Shown: one piece after another, positions 53,542 to 64,000 of the stretch
Position numbering within the stretch: position 1 is the first letter of the stretch
Layout of the letters: every line of letters begins with the position of its first letter
NCBI GenBank assembly: GCA_016748015.1
Contig: JAAOMT010000607.1
Span: forward strand, 1 to 64,000
Length of the DNA: 64,000 bases
Reading direction: 5' to 3'
Source: Geosiphon pyriformis uo1
Taxonomy: Eukaryota > Fungi > Glomeromycota
Notes under the pieces: generated by a model
What the model was told of the DNA's origin: nothing
Database searches by the model: none
The model's input: only the letters and a program-made list of their open reading frames with translations
Program-made: the position numbers and the translations under genes

Positions 53542-54842
53542 ATGAAAATTCTTTCAAGCTTTTGGTGGTTGCTCATTTTGGGGCTATTTCACATGGTGAT
53601 AGTTTCCATAGCAAAATTTGAAACGAAACGAGAAGAGTATCTTCCAATCAAAGATGTAGATCTCAGCCCCCCCAAAAAGAATTTTATAAACATTACTAAA
53701 CAGCAAAAAAGGTCCAAAATTGATGCAAGCTTCCACTTTCAAAAAATTTTAGTAGAGGATCAAGAGCTCCTCGGGATGCTAGCTAATAATGCTTACTATG
53801 CAAGACAGGCTGCATTTCTTGGAGATGAGAGCGAGCGCCTGTGGGGACGCTTTTTTGGTAAAACCATATATATTTTTTGAAATTAGAAAATGCATCAATA
53901 TTTATATTTGATAATTTTAAATTTTAGTGGGAATGCCAGAAAGTTTAAATCCAACCAAAGGAACGTATCAACAAATAATATTGACTTTCAAATCTAAAGA
54001 AAGGGGATACAATCATTGGCAAAGGATAAAATCAACATCTATTGCATATCCTAGAATACAAGAGGCCTATGTAGAAAAAAGTCATTTTAATATATGGTTA
54101 AAGGGTAGAAAAAATTTTTGGACTAAAATGAGATACATGCAATTAAAACCTTACTTCAATGTTAAAAAGAATTACTTTACATTCACTGGTTTTGGGCGAG
54201 CGGGTAGTAAGTTGTGATTATAATATTAAATATTGTTGCATAATGCCATTTTATATTATTTTCATTTTGAAATTTTTTAGTAATAGCAGTATATGCAGCA
54301 TTAGAATTTGCTTCTGAATATGCAGTTAAACCAACAGTTATCACATTCGGCCAGCCACAAATGGGAAATAAGAAATTTGTCGAATTTGTAGCAACTCAAA
54401 TTACGCTTTATCGTGTCACGTATCGGGATGATTTTACCCCAAGTGTTCCAAGATTTGGTAAAAACTTTGATGGAAAAGCAATTGGCTATTTTCAATTGAG
54501 TGGCGAATACTGGATTTCATTTCAAGATCAATGTGAATGCTCACCTCTTTTCACAAAAACCTCCGACTTAGAACCATCAGTAAAGTTTCCGTCTGTTTAT
54601 AAATGTTTACAGGTCGGAACATTAAATGAACATCCGGTGAGGAAATTTTGAAATTTAAGAATTTTCCAAAGCTAAATGTTATTTTCAAATTTAATGCAAT
54701 CTGAATTTTTTATATCTGCAAGGATTGTAATAAAAATCGTAATGACCGCAGAAGACAAGACGGTCGAAATGTTAAGACTAATGAGGGTAATGACCATTTC
54801 GGACCTTATTTTGGATACATGATGATTGAATCCTATTATTAA
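53542..54842 (+). CDS. Secreted class-3 lipase-like protein lacking the catalytic Ser, copy 2; about 356 aa, exons 53542-53857, 53928-54206, 54281-54636, 54723-54842
   Basis: Same intron positions and motifs as copy 1; open frame, with an in-frame deletion in exon 1. Confidence 0.85.
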
Positions 54843-56989
54843 TTTTTTGAGATAAGCAAGTTAGTTTAATTAGCTAGATGCCTAGTAGTTTCAATTTTAA
54901 TAAAATAAATAAATCTAGTTTAAAGACAGCAGCCTCAATAAAGATCAATTATAATAAATATGATTCACCATTTTTTAAAAATGAATGAAGTTGCTCTGGT
55001 TTTTCCAAATTACAAAATAGTTTTTGAAAAATCTCTGCAGTACTGGATACCATCTATCAAATAATATTTTGTATAACAATTTTCTTTTGAAATTTCTTTC
55101 TGATCAATCTCACTCTTACAACTTTTCAATATCTATTTTATAAATTCAAATCCAAATTTGAAAATCAGAGTGGTACCAAGTAGCAACAAGAAATTTTTGA
55201 CTTTTAATTTAATTGGTGTTATAAAAGCAGTTTTCTAAGCTATACATAATATCACAGATATCTGAAATATCACAGGATTTTCCAGATTGTACTGGAATAT
55301 TTTAGATGTTTTTTAAAATAATTAGTAAGAGATCAGAATATGTGAATTTAAAAATAAGGACTGAATGTATTTCCAATTCTTCAAACAGATCAATACTAAT
55401 TACAAAAATTAACAACCAGATTGGTTTATACTTTTATTTATCTTGTCTTATTTGGTTTTTTGTTCTGTTTTATCATAATAGTTTGATCTGTTTCCACTCT
55501 TTTATAGCTCATTATTTTTGCAGACCAAAATATTTTGCTCAAGTTGTCCAAGCTTTTTACATTGTTTAACAAAAAAAATTGTTTGAAAAAATTTCTTGCA
55601 CAGCTTGCTTAAGCTATTTCGCTTTAGTCTATAGCACTTAAATCAAAAATTAGCTTGTTTACAGTAGTTATTTAATGTTTGAGAGTTTGTTAATCAGATC
55701 TAACTTGTTATACAATTTCATTTTTGTTATTCTCTAATAATGTTAATCAAGTTAGATTTATCAGCACACTCTTTATTAATATTATTCTTACTTGGTTTGT
55801 TTTGTTAATTAAAATATCTGTTCTATTACTTTAGAAGTTTAAAACAATTTTTAATAATACAAATAAAACCTAGTTTTGGCCAACTAATTATATCATCTTT
55901 GTTAAATATTATCTTACTGCAATAAATATTACTAAATTTCATTAAATCAATATATAATATTAATTGAAAAAAGAAATATTATTCAAACTTTGTTGTTAAT
56001 TTTAATAAATGTTACAAGGCTGAATAAAGTTATTAATAATACAATCTGTTATAATAACCAATATTGCGAAAGTCATATTTTTACAAAAATATTATACTAT
56101 TGCATTTAATAGCAGATTAATTAACATTTATATCATATAATAATCTAATATTAATTAATATAATTTACTTTAAGTATTTTATTAAAGCTAGTATTGAATT
56201 AACAATTTTTAATTATGTTGTAAAAATGCTTATTATATTATTTATTAGTGGTTTATTAAGTTAATTAACAAAATTATTACAGTTTTGTCAAAAATAACTT
56301 TTTTCTACTTTTAATGTTTAAAATTCTGTTAATATAACAAATTATGTTTTGTATTTTATTTTAGTTAAATTTCAAGTTTTACTTATAGAATACAAAAATA
56401 ATAAATAACAAAATATAAATGAAAACATAAAAACCAAAAAGTGTAAAAAAATAACAACAATCTATAATAAAATTCCAAAAACGAAAATAATTTTTAATTA
56501 TACATTATTAATTAAGATATATTCGAATTATTTTTGAAAATAATTATTAAAATAAGAAATAAAGTTGACCAAATGTGCCTTTAATATAATAGTGAAATAA
56601 AACAACCAAAAGAAATTAAAAGAGTATTATTGAAGAAATTGGTTAAAGTTTATAACTTTTCAATAAAACAACTTCTTTTTAATGATAATTTTTATTTGAA
56701 ATAAGCAAAAATTTTATAAGTCGTTGTTTAAGTTTAGTTTTGCCAATATTATAAATGAAAAAATTGATTAAGCACTGATTGTATAAAAAAAATTTATTAA
56801 AAATAATACATAGTAACAACAAAATGCAAAAATCTATTATTTTTTCTTTTGTTTTTGTAAAGTACCATATCAAATAATTATAATTTGTGCCAAAATTTTA
56901 GCAAAATCTTTTGGAATTACTTCATGTTTTTTATTTTTACATTTTATTAATATACAAATATGTATATTAATATATATTTATTATGGCTT

Positions 56990-57625
56990 TTTAAGCACAA
57001 ACAACAAATGACTTTTTTTATACAAGATAATATCTAATAGCATACCTATCTATTCTTGAAAAATCAATGAATGAAAGTTTGTTTAAATTTATAAAATACA
57101 AAAAAAAGTTTACAAAACCCAAATAAATAGCTTTATTTATGCAGTTCCTATTAATTCTGTTATTTATACACCCTTTATATAGTATTTTTTACTAAAGAAA
57201 AAGGTAAATTGGTAAACAAAAAACAAGAAGACTAAAATACTTGCAAAATGAAATTTACAGAAAGACTATTGCTTTTTTTGCTCATAAATTTAATGCCATT
57301 ATAATTTTTTCTTTTGAGATATAAAATTACAAAAAAAACAGTTAAAAGATGCTTAGCTGACATATTATCAATTTTGACAATGTTTAATAGCCAGAGCAGA
57401 GGGATTAAAAGTTCATGTGATTATCCAAAATGAAGCTTATACATCCAAAACACCGGGGGATCTGAGATATATAAATGCCGAAACTGTAAAATTGTAATGG
57501 ATAGAGATGAAAATAGTGCTCACAGAATTTTTCTCTGGGCATTGCTTTGATTCTCTTGGGAGATCATGCAGAAAATAGTAGCAATGCTTAGCATTATCTA
57601 TTATTGATATATTACAATCCACCCG
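56990..57625 (+). mobile_element. Fanzor2 / TnpB relic, copy 2 (3' half, internally deleted)
   Basis: CLIARAEGLKVHVIIQNEAYTSKT and GGSEIYKCRNCKIVMDRDENSAHRIFLWALL; nucleotide homology to the reverse complement of about 51824-52590. Confidence 0.85.
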
Positions 57626-59876
57626 TAATAAGTATCCTAAGGTCTAAAATTAAATTATAAGTAATTCATTAAAGAAAATAAAAAAACTTTGATAAGCAAA
57701 GATCCAATTAGTAACATCTGGTCAACAAATAATTTTATTAGTAGATTTGTAAACACAAGAATAGGGTACCCAAGTTCTTTTAGAACTTGATAAACCATAT
57801 ATTGGATTCTGATCTGTGAATTTTCGTAGTAGATGATCATTTTAAAATATGTTTAAATGACTGAAAACCATTTTTAGAACAAAATAGGTTACTTGTAATA
57901 AAATCTGTTTTGTGATATTTAATATTTATAAATAAAATTTGAAGCTAAGGTCAATTTGACTTCTTAATCCTCCTTTAAAGTGGTTTTTTATCTACTTTGA
58001 TCTAAAACTAAGCCAAGGTTTTTTTTATTTCTTGAAATTCGCTTTTAGATCCCGAATCTTTTATCTCAATGAATAGAAATAATCTGAATTTTTATATCTA
58101 AACAAATTTCTTATTGGGAATATTTTCCCACTGTTTGAATATATTAATTTTAGTAAGATAGATGACAGTTAAAATCAAGCTAGAAATCCTTTCAAGAAAA
58201 TAGATATATATTTTTAGCTAATTCGTTAAAAGCTCACTCTAATGTATAAAGCATAATCTCATGGAAACTATATAAGAGTATTAAATGATTTAAGCTTATT
58301 TATGCGGCTTCTCTAACAATAGTGATTTAAAAATCAAAACCTTTTCCGAATATGAGGAAAATATTTTATTGAATTATTAGAAATTTTAATATTTAAAAAT
58401 TGAAGTAATTTTACAATGTGGGAAAACAAATGAATTTGGTTTATTTTTGTTTGCCTTTTATAATTTTTTTATCAATGTGAAATGAGATGAGTTTGTTCAT
58501 TTTAAAAGTTTTAACCTAATACAATTTTCAGTGGTCGAATCAAAATTTAATAAATTATAAGCCTGAAAATGTTTTTTGGGCAATTCAAAAAATTTGACAT
58601 TAAGAAGCAATTAGAATAAAGTTAGAAATAGACATTTTAAGCTTTAGGATGATAGCTGAGAAATCCAAAAAAATAAACTTTTGAATTTTATTTTAATTTG
58701 ATAAAAATAGGATGTAAAAATTGGAATAAATATTTAGCTGCTTTATAAAATTTAATAGATTAAAAAAAATCATTCATAACTTTGAAATTGATGTCGATCA
58801 CAGTTTGTAAATTTTTATATTTGATAAAGAAAATACCGTTTTGGGTAAAATCTTACTTTGTAAATATTTTTAGCATGTCGAATCACTTTGAAACTAACTT
58901 TAACAAAGACCTTGGATGAAAAAGAAAATTAATTGTTTTTAAAAAAATTTCTAAGCCTTTGAATTATATTCAAAATTCACGTATTCTGAAAAAAATCTGA
59001 AAATCTACAACATATTGGGTTTTCCATCTATTAGCTATTTTATAGATTAATCAAAACGATTTAATACACATTTATTGCTATGGCAACAGTTATTACTGTC
59101 TACCATAATGGACATCATTTAGCGAAATCTCTCGTCTGTTTTCCCTTTTTCAGCGCATCCTGAATCAACTCCTGTTAATCCCAAATTTAGTATACAAAAC
59201 TGGCTATTTTAAGAACATGGTAAAGAACCAAGGACATATTTTTAAAAAATTTAAGCCATATTCCTTGAAGGCTAGTTGATATCGTTTGTTTAAGAATTCA
59301 AAAATTACATATGGGATGATGGGTTAAATAGAAATTTTTATTATATATCGAACACATGTGAGGTGGCCGAATACAGTCAAAGTCGTCTATATGAATTTAA
59401 ATATTAGCCTACCTGGGAAGTCAAATTCTCAAGACTATATAAGTGCAGATATTTCAATAATATATTGATTCACTGCTAATATTCTTTGCTTCGAAATACT
59501 CATATCTATACACTGAAACTAAGTTGGTAAAATTGTAACCGAAGAAGAATGTGTAATAATATTTATCATGATTCGAAAATATTTATTTGGCTCCTTAGGT
59601 AAAAATAAAAGCTGATCACTGAAAGTAAATCTGGCATCTGAAAGTTTAAGCATTGGGTTTTCTAAATGCTTAAGATATACTAAGTTCCCAAATGTTATTC
59701 TGTGCTTATCTTTGATTCTCTTTTTGTTTGGCAGAACAAATCGATCGTCAACAATTCTAAAGATTACGTGTATTTTCGTTTGGGAAATTTAAAACAATAT
59801 AGGGGAATAGATCATCGAAGCCAGAATACAGTGATAAGTTCAATATCCAAGAAGTAATTTTTATTCATGTTTTAAA

Positions 59877-61184
59877 ATGAAAATTCTTTCAAGCGTTTGG
59901 TGGTTACTCATTTTGAAGCTATTTCACATGGTGATAGTTTCCATAGCAAAATTTAAAACAAAACGAGAAGCGAACTTTCCCGAATGTCTTTCAATCAAAC
60001 ATGTAAACCTCAGCCCCCCAAAAAAGAATTTCTTAAACATTACCGAAGAGCAAAAAAGGTCCAAAATTGATGCAGACTTCCACTTTCAGAAAGTTTTAGT
60101 AGAGGATCAAGGGCTCCTCGGGATGCTAGCTAATAATGCTTACTATGCAAGACAGGCTGCATATCTTGGAGATGAGAGCGAGCGACTATGGGAGCGCTTT
60201 TTTGGTAAAAATCATAAATATTTTTTGAAAATTAGAAAATACATCAATATTTATATTTAATAATTTTAAATTTTAGTGGGAATGCCAGAAAGTTTAAATC
60301 CAACCGCAGGAGCGTATCAACAAATAATATTGACTTTCAAATCTAAAGAAAGGGTATATGATCATTGGAAAAGGATAAAATCAACCTCGATTGCATATCC
60401 TAGTATACAAGAGGCCTACATAGAAAAAAATCATTTTGATGTATGGTTAAAGGGTAGAAAAAAATTTTGGACCAAGATGGAAAACCTGAAATTAAAACCT
60501 GACTTCGATGTTAACAAAGATTACTTTACATTCACTGGTTTTGGGCGAGCGGGTAGTAAGTTGTATTAAAAATATTAAAAATTTTTGCATATGCATATTC
60601 TAAATTATTTTCATTTTGAAATTTATTAGTAATAGCAGTATACGCAGCATTAGAATTTGCTTCTGAATATGCAGTTAAACCAACAGTTGTCTCATTTGGC
60701 CAGCCACAAATGGGAAATAAGAAATTTGTCGAATTTGTAGCAACTCAAATTACGCTTTATCGTGTCACGTATCGGGATGATTTTACCCCAAGTGTTCCAA
60801 AATATGGTTATACCTCTGATGGAAAAGCAATTGGCTATATTCAATTGAGTGGCGAATACTGGATTCCATTTCAAGATCAATGTGAATGCTCACCTCTTTT
60901 CACAAAAACCTCCGACTTAGAACCATCAGTAAAATTTCCGTCTGTTTATAAATGCTTTGAGGTCGGAACATTAAATGAACATCCGGTGAGGAAATTTAAG
61001 AATTTTTCCTAAGTCAACGTTATTTTTAAAATTTAAAACGATCTGAATTTTTTTTATCTGCAAGGATTGTAATAAAAATCGTAATAAACGTAGAAGACAA
61101 GACGGTCGATTAATTAGGACTAATGAGGGTAATGACCATTTCGGACCTTATTTTGGATACATGATGATTAGAACATATTATTGA
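59877..61184 (+). CDS. Secreted class-3 lipase-like protein lacking the catalytic Ser, copy 3; about 360 aa, exons 59877-60204, 60277-60555, 60630-60985, 61065-61184
   Basis: Same exon lengths as copy 1 (328/279/356/120 nt), TGFGRAG elbow, DHFGPYFG, open frame. Confidence 0.85.
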
Positions 61185-62504
61185 TTTTTGTATATTTCAT
61201 TAATAATTATAACTAGTGAAAATATTAAAAATTCTATAGTAATTAAAGTGGTAGTATTTTCAGTAATTTTATTTATGAAATTTACATAATTCTCAAATTA
61301 TAAAATATATTTAGGTGAAAATTTTTGATTATATAAACAATCCTTACATTGTTTATAACTCAAAATTTTTCTTATATTTTTGCAAATAAAATTAGCTTAA
61401 TATTTTTTGTTCAATAATTTTCATTAAAATAAAAGATTAAAGCTCAAATTTATAAGTTATAATTAAAATTAATTCTTTTTATTTAATGGCTTACCATATT
61501 TTTTTCTGATCTTATTTTCTTTTAGTTTTGCTATCTATTAGCTTGTCACGCTGACCAGATTATATTCAAATGTAGAAAATAAATACAAAATATTATCAGA
61601 TTAGCCTATTATTCTCAATCACACTTTTGAAAAGTTATTAAGTGTTAATTTTAAGTTTGATATGGTATTTTAGATGATTTTCACCAATCATATAAGTCAT
61701 GATACAAAACTTCACACTAGACTTTTGGTTATTTGTGGAAGTAAATTTTGTCATTTCAAGACATATTTAAGTATATATTTTCAAGATTTCTGCTTATATA
61801 AAAATGAATTTTTTGTTATATAGTAATATTTTGATTTTCATTTCAAAGATGTATAGCTTAAAGAATCTATAAAAGTTTCAAGATATAAAATTATCTAATT
61901 CTGAGTTTAAAATCAATTGATCACGACTTTGTGTTTTTTAAAACTTAATTTTAATATTAGACTTTAAGAACATAGGAATGCAAATTTATTTTAGGCAATT
62001 TTTTTCCGAATTCAAAAAAATATTATAATTTTGAAAACTAGGTTTTATGCATTTTGATGATCGGTACTTTCCCGTTTGGTAACTTTTCTTTCAGCGACAA
62101 AATTTTTTTAGATCTGTGATTCAGGTTTTGTGGCAGAAATGTGCGATTACTTATAAAATGAATAACAAAATAAATTTGAAAATTCTAAAAAAAATACTAT
62201 TTTATATTGCAGATTAAAGCAACACATTAAGTAATAACAAAAAATAATATCTTAGTAAAAAAGCAAATTGAATCTATACACAATTCAATTGATGTAATCA
62301 GTTTCAAAAATTACAATTATCAAACTTTTAAAATATATTTAAAAGAAAAAACAATTCTTAATTGTTAGTTTAGCATAAATTTCTTATTTTCAAATTGAAT
62401 TAAGAAAAAAAGTAAAAAAGTAATAGATTATTTCAAATGAAAAATTAAATCAAAAAATTTCTATAGCTTTAGAAAGTCGCATTTGCATAGATAATAAAAC
62501 AAAT

Positions 62505-62640
62505 GAATAGCCAAGTTAACAACTAGATTAACAATTAGGTCAACAATCAAGTTATTAATAATGTTAATAATTAAGTTAACAACTAATTTTAAGAATAGAA
62601 TGGTTAAAATATATAAAATTAGTGGCTAATACATGTGTGA
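62505..62640 (+). repeat. Degenerate 12-bp repeat block of an eroded repeat family; inverted homologue at about 16660-16810 and 18870-19020
   Basis: Units like AA(C/T)AATCAAGTT followed by similar flanks (...AATTAGTGGCTAATACAT vs ...CATTAATGGCTAACCCAT). Confidence 0.45.
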
Positions 62641-64000
62641 TATAATTATAATTAAATACAGTATGGCAGAATTTACTTTTAATGAAAATTCAACTGTAAC
62701 AATATGAAAATTTTCATATCAAGCTGGACATAAGATTTTGCAAATAGCTTTACTTTTTAGCAGAAATTTAATGAAAATCCAGATTAAAATTAAATGTTTC
62801 CAAATAGATCCCTTAAAGAATCAAAATTTTCATCTGTATAATTAAAAATTTCTTTTAAGTCAATTTTATTGCTAAATTTAGCAGCTCCCATTCCACAGTT
62901 TTTTCATATTTAGGCATCTTTAAATAGAATTTGGACTAAAGCACTTTATTGAAGGAAGAGACATCTTGAGGATTGAAACAGGAGCTGAATTTTTCAGAGC
63001 GATTATAGTGCAAATTTTGAACGGATTATGCATAAATAATGCTTCATGCAAAATAGAATTATAAATTTTCAGCTTTTTTGCATGGTATTTAATTAGATAG
63101 TCTTCATGATGAGCAATGAGGTTTTATCAGAAATTCTAAAATTTTCGGTATTCTGTGTTCATTAAGTAATGTTTTTGCCACTATAAATATATATAGAGGA
63201 AACCAAAAATCCACTAATGCGAATAAAATATTTAAGCAAACAAAAGTGTTTACTGAAGAGTTGTCTCAAAAATTTTCAGTAGTAGAGAAGGCAAAAGTAT
63301 TATTTTTCTTTTAAACCAAATCGCTAGAGAGGGTTATAGTGAAATAAATCTAGAAAGAGTTCTAGAAATGTTGTTAGCAAGTTTATAAAACTCAAATCAG
63401 TACAAAAGTCACTTTAGTTTGATGCTAAGATTTGTATGTCACTTACAAGTAATTTAAGGGTTTAAAATAGTATTTGCATTCATTTTTATTACTATTCAAT
63501 TATTTTACAATTGAGCTCTTGATTCCAATTTTTCTCTATTGAATACAATTGTTTTGATGCCCATTAAAATGACCTTTTGAAAAAAATCTGTTGTCAAAAT
63601 TATTTAATGACTTGGATATTATTAAATTAAATCTGGGGTTATAACTAGTAAATTTTTAGTTTATATGAAGAGTACATGCTGTTTTCAACTAATTATAACA
63701 AAGCGGTAATGCTATTTGTCACTTTTATTCACTATTTTTAGAAATAGTTTTTTCTTAAAAGTCAACATTTTTTGCTTTTAGGATTTAGGTTTCTCTTAAA
63801 GATGTATTTGTTTGATTTTTACTAAAACAAGGTTGGCCTTTCTTTTTTTTTAAATGGAGGTATTGTGGCGAAGTTAATAATTTGTGATAAAAAAGTATAA
63901 AATGACATACTGTCATGTCTGTTATTCTCGTACGCGGATTTATTTTCCTAAATTTTCTACGATACTCTATTCTCCACAATATTCTGTTCTATACAATACC

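Noticed and set aside
55400-55620. Possible zinc-knuckle (CKKLG) retroelement gag relic on the minus strand
   Set aside because: Motif incomplete and the surrounding frame is destroyed; cannot classify by eye.

Overview
AT-rich, intron-containing eukaryotic DNA. The kinase-Sel1 genes, class-3 lipase-like paralogues and short GT-AG introns point to a Glomeromycota/Mucoromycota-type fungus (inference). Gene-bearing islands alternate with very AT-rich, eroded transposon relics. Hand-spliced genes: a secreted heme-thiolate peroxidase/peroxygenase; three intact secreted class-3 lipase homologues lacking the catalytic Ser; a mucin-like type I membrane protein; a 9-exon 2-TM membrane protein with a long tail ending in an FFAT-like motif; two small secreted proteins; a cytochrome P450 homologue lacking the heme-ligating Cys; and an F-box protein. 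Decayed elements: three kinase(-Sel1) pseudogenes in inverted duplications, three Tc1/mariner fragments, an integrase relic, and two inverted Fanzor2 (eukaryotic TnpB) relics that share a conserved 3' end and bracket one lipase copy. A 2.2-kb direct duplication around a 20-N gap is probably an assembly artefact. The best leads are the Fanzor relics with a candidate omegaRNA end and the set of intact but apparently catalytically dead enzyme homologues. All exon structures and family calls were read by eye, with no database searches.
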